A stretch of 64,000 bases of DNA from an uncultured Arcobacter sp. (GTDB lineage Bacteria > Campylobacterota > Campylobacteria > Campylobacterales > Arcobacteraceae): contig OZ223300.1 of NCBI GenBank assembly GCA_965140705.1, forward strand, positions 800,001 through 864,000, given 5' to 3'. How positions within the stretch are numbered: the stretch's first letter is position 1; every line of letters starts with the position of its first letter. The position numbers and the translations under genes were made by a program. Under the pieces are notes generated by a model, which was not told the DNA's origin, did not search any database, and worked only from the letters and a program-made list of their open reading frames with translations. Below, piece by piece: positions 48,762 through 58,580 of this stretch.

Positions 48762-51479
48762 ATGAAACTTACTCTTTCAAAAATAAATTTTATAAATATC
48801 TTTTCTATAATAGTTGTTTTTTCAATGATATTAGGCTTTTTTATATACGAATTTAATCAAGAATTATATGAAAAAAAAGTTGTTTCACTTGAAGAAAGTT
48901 ATTTCAAAAAAAATAAATCAATAATTAAAAATGAAATAGAACGGGCTATAAAAAGAATAGAAGTAATAAATAACTTAATTTATGAAAAAAATGAATCTAT
49001 TTTAAGAGAAAAAGTAGGTTTTGTTAAAAATTTATTTGATTCTAATAATGACAAAGATTTTAGTACTATTTTGTCTAAATATAAAAAAGAGTTGAATCTT
49101 TTAAAATGGGATAATGGATCAGGTTATTTTTATATATTTGATAAAAATGGAAAAATCTTATACCATGGTGGCAATAAAAAATATATAAATACTAATGTTT
49201 TTGAATCATCTAAAACAAATAAAGAGTTATATGATTTTTTAAAAGAAACTTTAATTTTAGATGAAAACTATGGTTCTTATAAATGGTATAAACCAAATGA
49301 AAGTCCAAAGGAAATCTATACAAAATATGTTTATATAAAAAGAGATGAGAAGCATGATATTTATATAGCAGCTGGAGTTTATAAAAAAGAAATAGATAAA
49401 AAAGTTCAGGAATTAATTTTTGAAGATTTTAAAAAAGATAGATTTGGCGATAATAAATATGGTTATTTTTGGATATTGGGATTAGATAAAGTTATGAAAA
49501 TGCATGCCCTTAGTCCTGAAATCGAAGGCAAAATAAATAATGATGTTTTTTCTATAAAAGGAAAAGTTCTTAATGATATTGCTATCAAAAAAGCTTTAGA
49601 TGGTGGTGGATATATTAATTATAAGTGGATAAGACCAGATACAAAAAAAGAAGATGAAAAATTTTCTTATGTAAAATTAATACCTAATTGGAATTTTATT
49701 ATTGGAGCAGGTTTTTATGTTACAGAATTACAAGATATATTAGAAGAAGAAAAAAGATCTCTGAAAGAGTTATCTAATGAATATTTGACAAAAGTTTTTG
49801 TTGTTTTTACTATTTTGATTTCTATCTCTTTATTGATAGCAAGGTATCTTTCACTAAAAATTAATAATGTTGAAGTTGAAAGAGAAGAACATATGAATAT
49901 GCTAGAACAATACAAACTATTATTAGATAGAAGTTCTGTTGTTTCTAAGACTGATAAAGATGGAATTATTACTTATGTAAATGATAGTTTTGAAAAGATT
50001 AGTGGATATAATAAAAATGAACTTATAGGCATAACCCATAAAATAATTGCTCATCCAGATACTTCACGAAGCCAATCTAAAAAATTATGGGACACTATTT
50101 TAAAAGGGAAAATTTGGAAAGGTATTCTTAAAAATAAAAGAAAAGATGGAGCTAGTTATTATAATAGTATTACCATTATTCCAATAAAAGACTCCCAAGG
50201 CAATATAAAAGAGTTCATATCAGCAGGTACGATAGTTACTGAATTAATAGAAAATCGATCAAAACTAAAAAATCTATTTAAGACTGATGCTTTAACAGGT
50301 TTAGGAAATAGAGTAAGTTTGATTGATCATATTTCCAAACAACAAAGTGGAACTTTGGCATTAATAAATATTGATAGGTTTAAAGAGATAAATGATAGTT
50401 ACAATCATGTTATTGGCGATGAAGTAATAAAAGCCTTAGCCGATAGATTGTTTACATATTTTAATGATAAAAGTTATGATTTATATAGACTACAATCTGA
50501 TGTTTTTGCACTTTTTACAGCTAATAAAGAGAGCATAATAGATGATATAAATGACTTCATGAATACTTTAGGAAAAGAGCCCTATCTACTTGAAAAAGAA
50601 AAATTTATACTTACGTATACTTGTGGTATTGCTTCTAATAATGAGAACTTATTAACTTATGCAGATATTGCATTAACTGAAGCTAAAAATAAAAAAGTAA
50701 AAATAAAAGAGTATAACAATTCAATGAAAAATGTTGAAGAGTTTAAGAATAATTTATTGTGGGTTGAAAGATTACATCTTGCAATAAAAGAAAATAGAAT
50801 TTTCCCACATTATCAGCCAATATATAATTATAAAACTGGAAAAATTGATAAATATGAAGCTTTGATGAGGTTATATCTTGATGGAAAAATTATATATCCA
50901 AATGAATATTTAGATATTGCTAAAAAAACAAAGTTGTACCCAGAATTAACATATAAAATGGTGGAAAAAGTAATTAGTAAGTTTTCTACTAATAACTATG
51001 AATTCTCAATTAATTTATGTATAGAAGACTTGATGAATGAAGAGTTGATGATATTTGTATTTGATTATGCTGAGCAAAAAGGCGTATTTAATAGAATGGT
51101 TTTAGAAATTGTTGAATCAGAAGAGATAGATGATAGTGATTATATAAATAAACTTCTTAGAAGATTTAAAGATGAAGGTGTAAAAATTGCCATAGATGAT
51201 TTTGGTAGCGGTTATTCAAATTATGACTATTTGATTAAGTTACAAGCAGATTATTTGAAAATTGATGGTTCAATCATAAAATTAATCGAAAATGATAGTA
51301 GGACGCAAGACGTTGTAAAATCAATTTTTGAGTTTGCACAAAAATCTAACATAAAAGTTATTGCAGAGTTTGTAAGTAATGAAAATATAGATAAAATCTT
51401 AAGAGAGATAGGCATAGACTATGCACAAGGTTTTTATTATGGAAAACCTGAAGCTAAACTAATAGATGAAGTAAGTTAA
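48762..51479 (+). CDS. Double Cache - PAS - degenerate GGDEF - EAL phosphodiesterase
   Basis: Two GYF(Y/W)I...Y-x-W-x-x-P Cache repeats between TM helices, PAS (YVND...HPD...WKG), RLQSDVF at the GGDEF position, YEAL and DDFGSGYS. Confidence 0.9.
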   Translation: MKLTLSKINFINIFSIIVVFSMILGFFIYEFNQELYEKKVVSLEESYFKKNKSIIKNEIERAIKRIEVINNLIYEKNESILREKVGFVKNLFDSNNDKDFSTILSKYKKELNLLKWDNGSGYFYIFDKNGKILYHGGNKKYINTNVFESSKTNKELYDFLKETLILDENYGSYKWYKPNESPKEIYTKYVYIKRDEKHDIYIAAGVYKKEIDKKVQELIFEDFKKDRFGDNKYGYFWILGLDKVMKMHALSPEIEGKINNDVFSIKGKVLNDIAIKKALDGGGYINYKWIRPDTKKEDEKFSYVKLIPNWNFIIGAGFYVTELQDILEEEKRSLKELSNEYLTKVFVVFTILISISLLIARYLSLKINNVEVEREEHMNMLEQYKLLLDRSSVVSKTDKDGIITYVNDSFEKISGYNKNELIGITHKIIAHPDTSRSQSKKLWDTILKGKIWKGILKNKRKDGASYYNSITIIPIKDSQGNIKEFISAGTIVTELIENRSKLKNLFKTDALTGLGNRVSLIDHISKQQSGTLALINIDRFKEINDSYNHVIGDEVIKALADRLFTYFNDKSYDLYRLQSDVFALFTANKESIIDDINDFMNTLGKEPYLLEKEKFILTYTCGIASNNENLLTYADIALTEAKNKKVKIKEYNNSMKNVEEFKNNLLWVERLHLAIKENRIFPHYQPIYNYKTGKIDKYEALMRLYLDGKIIYPNEYLDIAKKTKLYPELTYKMVEKVISKFSTNNYEFSINLCIEDLMNEELMIFVFDYAEQKGVFNRMVLEIVESEEIDDSDYINKLLRRFKDEGVKIAIDDFGSGYSNYDYLIKLQADYLKIDGSIIKLIENDSRTQDVVKSIFEFAQKSNIKVIAEFVSNENIDKILREIGIDYAQGFYYGKPEAKLIDEVS

Positions 51480-52576
51480 GATATTCTACCTCTTACTCTA
51501 TTTTTACCTTTACTTTTTGCATCATAAAGCATATCATCTGCATTTTTGATTATTTCATCAATTGTATTTGCATTAGTAGAATCGCTAACTCCAAAACTAG
51601 CAGTTATAAATAGATCTGAATAAGGTACTCTTATTACTAAAGTCTCAATTATTTTTCTAATATCTTCTGCAATACTTATTGTTGAATCTATTTTTTCATT
51701 TGGTAAGGCAATAATAAATTCTTCTCCACCTAGTCTTCCAAATATAGCATCTTCTCTTAAATAATTATTTATAGTACTTGCAAATAGCTTTAAAACTTTA
51801 TCTCCTATTTCATGACCATAGGTATCATTAAATTTTTTAAAATTATCAATATCTATCATAATTATACTCATAGGCTTATTTGATTTTTTTTGATTTTGGA
51901 ACATAGATTCTGCATGTAAAAAGAAACTTCGTCTATTTTTTATTTGAGTTAAATAATCTGTATGTGCCAAATCAAAGAGCCTAAGGTTAACTTTTTCTAA
52001 CTCCTTTAAAGTATGAGTAATTTGGCTTGTTCTTTGACTTACTTTCTCCTCTAATTGCTCATTTGCTGTTAATATATCTCTTTGATATAAATTTGTAATT
52101 ATTATAGTTAATATTAAAAAAACGATTGATAAAGAAGAAAAAACTTGAATTGAATTTTTACTTGTAATTATTATATGTTGCTTTGATTTTGTTTTGACAT
52201 ATAGTATGATTTTATTTCTCGCATCAAAAAAATGAAAGTCATTTATCAAAAATAAATTTAAATGATAAGTAGCTATTGTAATTCTTTGTTGATTGATTTT
52301 TTTACTATTTATTGTAGTTCTTACTAGGCATTCATCAAAATAATTTTCACATAATTTTTTAACTTCTTGATAGTAAGAATTTTCTTTTACTTTAGTATTA
52401 TGTGTAGAAATATTTAATACATAAATAAAGTTTTTAATATCTTTACTATTTTGTTTTTCTTCTATATCTTTGTATATTCCCATCGAATAATTGTAGCAAA
52501 TATAAAGGAATAAAAAAGTAATAATTACTAATGGTAACAAGAATACAATAGTTTTGTCATTTAATAATTTTCTCAT
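51476..52576 (-). CDS. Membrane diguanylate cyclase
   Basis: Two TM helices, LEEKVSQRT linker, DYLT...NRR, DIDNFKKFNDTYGH and RLGGEEF. ATG at 52576 with AAGG RBS preferred over the TTG at 52600. Confidence 0.9.
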   Translation of the reverse strand: MRKLLNDKTIVFLLPLVIITFLFLYICYNYSMGIYKDIEEKQNSKDIKNFIYVLNISTHNTKVKENSYYQEVKKLCENYFDECLVRTTINSKKINQQRITIATYHLNLFLINDFHFFDARNKIILYVKTKSKQHIIITSKNSIQVFSSLSIVFLILTIIITNLYQRDILTANEQLEEKVSQRTSQITHTLKELEKVNLRLFDLAHTDYLTQIKNRRSFFLHAESMFQNQKKSNKPMSIIMIDIDNFKKFNDTYGHEIGDKVLKLFASTINNYLREDAIFGRLGGEEFIIALPNEKIDSTISIAEDIRKIIETLVIRVPYSDLFITASFGVSDSTNANTIDEIIKNADDMLYDAKSKGKNRVRGRIS

Positions 52577-52704
52577 GTCAACCTTACAATTTAAAAGCAA
52601 TTATTATACAACTTTTATGTTTAAAAATACTTTTTATCATTATTAATCTTTTATATACACAAAATAAGGTATAATCGCGTAATTTTAGATAAATAGGACA
52701 ATTT

Positions 52705-55353
52705 ATGAGTGAAAAGTATGAACCTTCAATTGTAGAAGATAAATTTTATAAAATATGGGAAGATAGAGGTTACTTTGAAATAGATGGTAACAAAAACATA
52801 CAAGAAGATGGGAAGAATTTCTCAATAATGATGCCACCACCAAATGTAACAGGTAGTTTACATATTGGACATGCTTTGACATTTACATTACAAGATATTA
52901 TTACAAGATATAAAAGAATGGATGGGTTTAAAACCCTATGGCAACCAGGAACTGACCATGCTGGAATTGCAACACAAAATGTTGTTGAAAAACAATTATT
53001 AGCAGAAGGTACTACAAAAGAAGAGATTGGAAGAGAAAAGTTTTTACAAAGAGCTTGGAAACAAAAAGAGACTAGTGGTGGAAATATTGTTCATCAAATG
53101 AGAAAATTGGGAGTAACTCCTGCTTGGAAACGTGAACGATTTACTATGGATGAAGGTTTACAAGAAGCAGTAAAAGAGGCTTTTGTATCTTTATATAATG
53201 AAGGTCATATCACTCAAAATAACTATATGGTAAATTGGTGTACTCATGATGGGGCACTATCAGATATTGAAGTTGAGCATGAAGAAGTTAATGGTAAGTT
53301 TTACCATATGATTTATAAGTTTGCAGATGGAAGTGGTGAACTTCAAGTTGCAACTACAAGACCTGAAACATATTTTGGAGATACTGCAATTATGGTTCAT
53401 CCTGATGATTCTAGATATACGGATATTGTAGGAAAAGAAGTACTTCTTCCACTAACAAATAGAAAAATAAAAGTTATTACAGACTCTTATGTTGATATGG
53501 AATTTGGAACAGGTGTTGTAAAAGTTACTCCTGCCCATGACCAAAATGACTACGAAGTAGGGAAAAGACACGATTTAGAGTTTATTAAAGTATTTGATGA
53601 AAAAGGTATTTTAAATGAATACTGTGGAGAGTTTGCTGGACTTGAAAGATTGGAAGCCAGAAAACCAATCGTGGAAAAACTACAAGCTGAGGGTTATATA
53701 GTAAAAATAGATGAACATGTTCACCAAGTAGGGCATTGTTATAGATGTAAAAATATTGTTGAGCCATTTATCTCTCAACAATGGTTCTTAAGCTCAGATA
53801 TGGCTCAAGAATCTATTAGAAAGACAAAAGAGACTACAAAAGAAAGAGCAAAAAGTGGTGAGCACAATGGAACATTATTTCACCCAGCACATTGGATAAA
53901 TTCATATACAGCTTGGATGGATGAGTTAAGACCTTGGTGTATTTCTAGACAACTTTGGTGGGGACATAGAATTCCTGTATTTACATGTGATGATTGTGGA
54001 CATCAATGGGCCGATAAAGCTAATGAGCCAGAAGGGTGTCCAAAATGTAAAAGTAAAAAATATACTCAAGATCCAGATGTACTTGATACTTGGTTTTCTT
54101 CTGCACTATGGGCAATGTCACCTTTAGGTTGGGGGAATAATGGAAAACTAGAAGATTTATATAACTCTACTGATGAAGCAGATTTTTATCCAAATTCTTT
54201 GTTAATCACTGGTTTTGATATTATGTTCTTTTGGGTAGCTAGAATGATGATGATGGGTGAACACTTTAAAAAAGAGTTACCATTTGAAGATATTTATATG
54301 CACGCTCTTGTAAGGGATGAACATGGTGCAAAAATGTCTAAAAGTAAAGGTAATGTTATTGACCCACTTGATATGGTTGAAGAGCATTCTGCTGATATTA
54401 TTAGATTTACTTTAGCATATTTAGCAGTTCAAGGAAGAGATATAAAATTAGGAGCTAAAAACTTAGAGCAGTTTAGAAACTTCACAAATAAACTTTACAA
54501 TGCTTCAAACTTTTTACAACTAAATGTTGATACTTTCCCTGATTTAAAAGATTGTGAAATTAAAACTCCTCTTGGTATTTATATGCAAAGCAGATTAAGC
54601 GATGCAGTTGATGAAGTAAGAGCTACACTTGATACTTTCAAATTCAATGAAGCAGCTTCTATTCTTTATAAATTTGTATGGAATGAGTTTTGTGATTGGG
54701 GTATTGAGTATGCAAAAGCGAGTAAAGATTCAGTTGTAGAACTTGGAGCAATATTTAAAGAAACACTAAAAATGGTAAGTCCATTTATGCCATTTATTTC
54801 TGACTTTTTATATCACAAATTAAGTGGAACTTCTTTAGAAGAGGGTGAATCTTTGATGATAACAAACTTCCCTAAAGAAATAGCAAAAAATCAAGAAATG
54901 GAAAATATGTTTGCCATCATTGAAGAAGCAATTGTAGCAATAAGAAGAGCAAAAGTTATCATAGATATGGGTAATAGTAAAATCGCAAAAGCCTATATCA
55001 AACTTGACAAAGAAATTGATAAAGATGTAGCAAAACCATTTATAGAAAAACTTAGCAAGTGTGAAAATATAGAGTTCGTAGATACAAAACAAGAAAATTC
55101 TATAACAGATGTATCTGATAACTTAGAAGTTTACTTACCAACAGGTGAGATTGATATGACTCCTATTATCAATAAACTAACTCGTCAAAAAGAGAAATTA
55201 GAAAAAGAGATAGCAAAATTATCAGGAATGTTATCAAATGAAAGATTTGTAGCGAATGCTCCTGCTAATGTTATTGAAGAGAATAGAGCAGGGTTATCTT
55301 CTGCTGAAGAAAAACTTGTGAAGGTAGAGGCTGAGTTAAAGTCTTTGAGTTAA
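52705..55353 (+). CDS. valS: Valine--tRNA ligase
   Basis: PPPNVTGSLHIGH, DHAGIATQ, WCISRQLWWGH, KMSKS and C-terminal FVANAP coiled coil. Confidence 0.98.
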   Translation: MSEKYEPSIVEDKFYKIWEDRGYFEIDGNKNIQEDGKNFSIMMPPPNVTGSLHIGHALTFTLQDIITRYKRMDGFKTLWQPGTDHAGIATQNVVEKQLLAEGTTKEEIGREKFLQRAWKQKETSGGNIVHQMRKLGVTPAWKRERFTMDEGLQEAVKEAFVSLYNEGHITQNNYMVNWCTHDGALSDIEVEHEEVNGKFYHMIYKFADGSGELQVATTRPETYFGDTAIMVHPDDSRYTDIVGKEVLLPLTNRKIKVITDSYVDMEFGTGVVKVTPAHDQNDYEVGKRHDLEFIKVFDEKGILNEYCGEFAGLERLEARKPIVEKLQAEGYIVKIDEHVHQVGHCYRCKNIVEPFISQQWFLSSDMAQESIRKTKETTKERAKSGEHNGTLFHPAHWINSYTAWMDELRPWCISRQLWWGHRIPVFTCDDCGHQWADKANEPEGCPKCKSKKYTQDPDVLDTWFSSALWAMSPLGWGNNGKLEDLYNSTDEADFYPNSLLITGFDIMFFWVARMMMMGEHFKKELPFEDIYMHALVRDEHGAKMSKSKGNVIDPLDMVEEHSADIIRFTLAYLAVQGRDIKLGAKNLEQFRNFTNKLYNASNFLQLNVDTFPDLKDCEIKTPLGIYMQSRLSDAVDEVRATLDTFKFNEAASILYKFVWNEFCDWGIEYAKASKDSVVELGAIFKETLKMVSPFMPFISDFLYHKLSGTSLEEGESLMITNFPKEIAKNQEMENMFAIIEEAIVAIRRAKVIIDMGNSKIAKAYIKLDKEIDKDVAKPFIEKLSKCENIEFVDTKQENSITDVSDNLEVYLPTGEIDMTPIINKLTRQKEKLEKEIAKLSGMLSNERFVANAPANVIEENRAGLSSAEEKLVKVEAELKSLS

Positions 55354-55367
55354 GAAATAAAACTCTC

Positions 55368-55941
55368 CTCTCATGAAGACCTCTTTCGGTCTTCGCTTTT
55401 CTTACTTTTTGATCTCGAAAAAGTAAGCAAAAAAGACTGCCGAATTGATGAAGGCAAAGCTACCTTCCAGTTATATATTTATTTCCTGCCCTGCAAAACT
55501 CACTAAAATGACCATTTAGGTCATTTTTTAACGTTCAAACAGTTTCGGGCTTTACCAAAAATAAATATATAACTTCCAGCTTCATCAAAGGCAGAAAGAA
55601 ATACCTATAGTTCAAATTTTTATTTATAAAGTAATATCTAGATACCAAATATATTGCTACATCTACAGAAGCCGAACGTTTATTTTTCTCTTTTCTAAAT
55701 AAGATTGGTAACTGTCTGAGTGTTTAAAAGTTCCTAAATGGAAATTTTAATAAACGAGTTTTACCAATCAGAAAAGATAAAAATAATAAGTGAGGGTACC
55801 TTTGGCTTCGCAGCCGTAGTTGTTTTTCTCAAAGAGAGTGCAAGCACAAGGCTTACTTTTCGCCAATACATGCGGGAACGAAGTGACTAAATCCTGAAAG
55901 GTAAAAGTAAGAAAGCGAAGAGGTTTACCTCTTCAAGAGAG
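55368..55941. repeat. Bipartite inverted, highly structured non-coding element (574 bp; MITE/REP-like or ncRNA pair)
   Basis: Both ends read CTCTC(A/T)TGAAGA-hairpin-TCTTCGCTTT(T)CTTACTTTT...AAAAGTAAGC inward. Each arm has a long nested hairpin with an AAACTC...CC-ATTTA-GG...TCA(A/G)ACAG core. No ORF of 60 aa or more in the ORF track. Confidence 0.8.
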
Positions 55942-55946
55942 ATTAA

Positions 55947-55974
55947 TAATAAAGAAGATTAAACTTCTTTATTA
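55947..55974. terminator. Hairpin, probable terminator between convergent valS and sqr
   Basis: TAATAAAGAAG-ATTAAA-CTTCTTTATTA. Confidence 0.55.
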
Positions 55975-56144
55975 ACTAGTGCGATTTTCTTACAACCAAT
56001 ATCATCTTAATATTAATCACAATAAATCTAACAATTTGCCATAAGATACAAGTTCTCATAAATCTTACAAACCTACTTGGTTTTGGTGGATAGTATGCTT
56101 GTTCATAAGGTTTAGTATTTTTATTCATAATAATATTTCTCCTT

Positions 56145-57608
56145 TTATTCTGGGATTAAAGTCCAGCCCGGTTTTAATTGAGCTTTATATATAAACATAT
56201 AATGTAAAGTATGTTTAATCCAATGTCCTGCTGTTCCTACTTCTCCAAAAGTTGAGTCTTGGTCTCTTCCTGTTTCTGGATATTTTTCATAATCTGGAAC
56301 CACTGGATAAACTGTCATTGCAGCAGCTGTTCCTGTAAATAACCCCTTACCCGTACTTGCAACACAAGCTGCACCCATACTACTCATACTTGCTGTATGT
56401 GTAGGAGTAGTTGATTTTCCAGTAATCATATCACAAATTGAGTGAGCAACTGCTTTTCCCATAATTCCACTTGGCATTCCTGTTCTTGGTGGTGTTGGAG
56501 TAATCATTGTACCATTTGGTGATTTTTGTGGTTTTGAAATTGGATGTGGTGGTGCAAAGGCAATTCCAACAGCGAAGATATTTTTGTAAGTTGGATTTTG
56601 CAATGTTTTTGGCCAATCGCTAGCTTTCCAATCTTCATATGCTTTTGGAGTATAATCAGCATCAACTTTTAAAAATCCATTTGGAGCAAAAATTGTATCT
56701 GTAATATCACTTCCATCTTTAGCATATGCTTTTAAGCCAACTCCCGCAAATGGTGGAATCAACATAGCTAAATCAAACTCTTGAGAATGATACTCTCCGT
56801 TTAATAGTTCATAGTGAGCTAAGCCTTTTTCTATTTTATTTACATGAGCCCCTGTAATCCAAGTAAGTCCTCTTTCTGCATAAATTGATTCTGTAAATAC
56901 CCTTGAATGAGTCAAGTATCCACCTCTATTAATATGCATTCCTCCCATTCCAAAGTCACCCAATGTCTCTTCATTTGATATCCAAATTAAATTGGCTTTT
57001 TCTCTAACACCTCTTTTTTTAAGGATATGTTCAATATTGAAAATATATTCAAAAGCAGCACCTTGACAAGTACACATTCCATGTCCTGTTCCTACTAAGA
57101 TAGTTTGATCTTCACCTTTTGACATCTTTTCAATGCATTTTTCAAGTTCATGATATGCATGAACAGCATGGTCTGCTGTACAAACTGAGACAGTATTTCC
57201 ATCAACGTCTGGATCTAATCCGGGTGTTGCAGCAAAGTTTAATTTTGGACCAGTTGCATTAATCAAATAATCATAAGTAAGTTCTTCTGTTTGTGAAGCT
57301 TTATCTTCACTAGTATATTCAATAGTAACATAAGGCTTAAAATTATCAGTTTTTCCATCAGGATGAATAGATAATGCTTTTGCTTGTTTATATGTGATGC
57401 CAGCTTTTTTATATACAGGTGCCAAATCAAAAGTTACATCTTCTTTGCTCATTTCTCCTACTCCAACCCAAATATTTGATGGTATCCAATTCCATTTTGA
57501 ATTTGGAGTAACAACTACAACTTCATGGGATTTACCAAGCCATTTTGCTGCAAATGTTGCAGCAGTGTGCCCAGATACTCCCCCTCCTAAAACGACAAGT
57601 CTTGCCAT
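56145..57608 (-). CDS. sqr: Sulfide:quinone oxidoreductase, type IV (SqrD-like)
   Basis: GGGVSGH, WIPSNIWVGVG, NATGPKLNF, SVCT, GHGMCTCQGAAFEY, PPRTG and ACVAS motifs; 487 aa. Confidence 0.9.
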   Translation of the reverse strand: MARLVVLGGGVSGHTAATFAAKWLGKSHEVVVVTPNSKWNWIPSNIWVGVGEMSKEDVTFDLAPVYKKAGITYKQAKALSIHPDGKTDNFKPYVTIEYTSEDKASQTEELTYDYLINATGPKLNFAATPGLDPDVDGNTVSVCTADHAVHAYHELEKCIEKMSKGEDQTILVGTGHGMCTCQGAAFEYIFNIEHILKKRGVREKANLIWISNEETLGDFGMGGMHINRGGYLTHSRVFTESIYAERGLTWITGAHVNKIEKGLAHYELLNGEYHSQEFDLAMLIPPFAGVGLKAYAKDGSDITDTIFAPNGFLKVDADYTPKAYEDWKASDWPKTLQNPTYKNIFAVGIAFAPPHPISKPQKSPNGTMITPTPPRTGMPSGIMGKAVAHSICDMITGKSTTPTHTASMSSMGAACVASTGKGLFTGTAAAMTVYPVVPDYEKYPETGRDQDSTFGEVGTAGHWIKHTLHYMFIYKAQLKPGWTLIPE

Positions 57609-57767
57609 AACTTTTCCTTATTATAGTATAATAACAAATTCTATATCTTTATAAATTATATAAAGCTTAAATTATAAGAATTTCTTATTTTAAATTATTT
57701 TAATATTTTTATAATTTTTAAAAATGTATAATTATAAATACTTATAATTAATTGGAGTAAAGTATTA

Positions 57768-58580
57768 ATGAAAACATCTTATTTAAGTCATCTATTAAAG
57801 GTATTTATACTTTTAATAATCTCTATGAATCTCTATGCTGAGCCATTAGAGTTATCTAGTTTTATTGTTAGTAATAACCAAAAGACAATATCAAGTAAGT
57901 ATAATGGATATATAGAAAAGTTCTATATAAATGAAGGTGATTATGTAAAAAAAGGCAAACTTCTTTTAAAAATAGATTCAAAAGAAATGTCAACATTAAA
58001 GTCTCAAACTATACTTAGTATTGAACAAGCTAAATTAAATTTTAATATTGTAAAAAATGATTTAGATAAAGCTACAATTGATTTTGATAGATATAAAAGA
58101 CTTTTTGAAAAACAATTGATTTCAAAAAGTGACTTTGAAAACTTTCAACTAAAAAAGAGCAATCTAGAAAAAAATCTACAAATAGCAAAAAAATCAATAA
58201 GACAAAGTGAAGATAAACTTCAAGAAATAAATAAAAATCTTAAATACCTAAATATAAGAGCTTCAAGTGATGGTTTAATAATTAAAAAAAATATCAATGA
58301 GGGTGAATTAGCAACAGCTGGAACACCTCTTTTAACAATAAGTGATGTTGATAATTTAAATCTTTATTTAGATGTAGCTGAGAGTGATTTATCAAAATTT
58401 AGAGAAAAAGAGAATTTAGATATCTATATTGAATCACTTAATATAAATCAAAAAGCAAAAGTAGTAGCAATATTACCAAGTGTTGACTCTGGAACTAATA
58501 GTTTTAGAGTAAAACTAAGTTTTAAAAGAACAGATAAAAGAGTACTTCCAGGAATGTACGCAAAAGTGAGAGTTGAATAA
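57768..58580 (+). CDS. RND efflux periplasmic adaptor (membrane fusion protein)
   Basis: Signal/anchor, lipoyl half-motifs GYIEKFYINEGDYVKKGKLL and IRASSDGLI, coiled-coil hairpin, LPGMY. Confidence 0.9.
   Translation: MKTSYLSHLLKVFILLIISMNLYAEPLELSSFIVSNNQKTISSKYNGYIEKFYINEGDYVKKGKLLLKIDSKEMSTLKSQTILSIEQAKLNFNIVKNDLDKATIDFDRYKRLFEKQLISKSDFENFQLKKSNLEKNLQIAKKSIRQSEDKLQEINKNLKYLNIRASSDGLIIKKNINEGELATAGTPLLTISDVDNLNLYLDVAESDLSKFREKENLDIYIESLNINQKAKVVAILPSVDSGTNSFRVKLSFKRTDKRVLPGMYAKVRVE

Noticed and set aside
55354..56144. T-box, riboswitch or small protein gene in the valS-sqr gap
   Set aside because: The region is downstream of both genes, no T-box consensus was seen, and no credible ORF is present.
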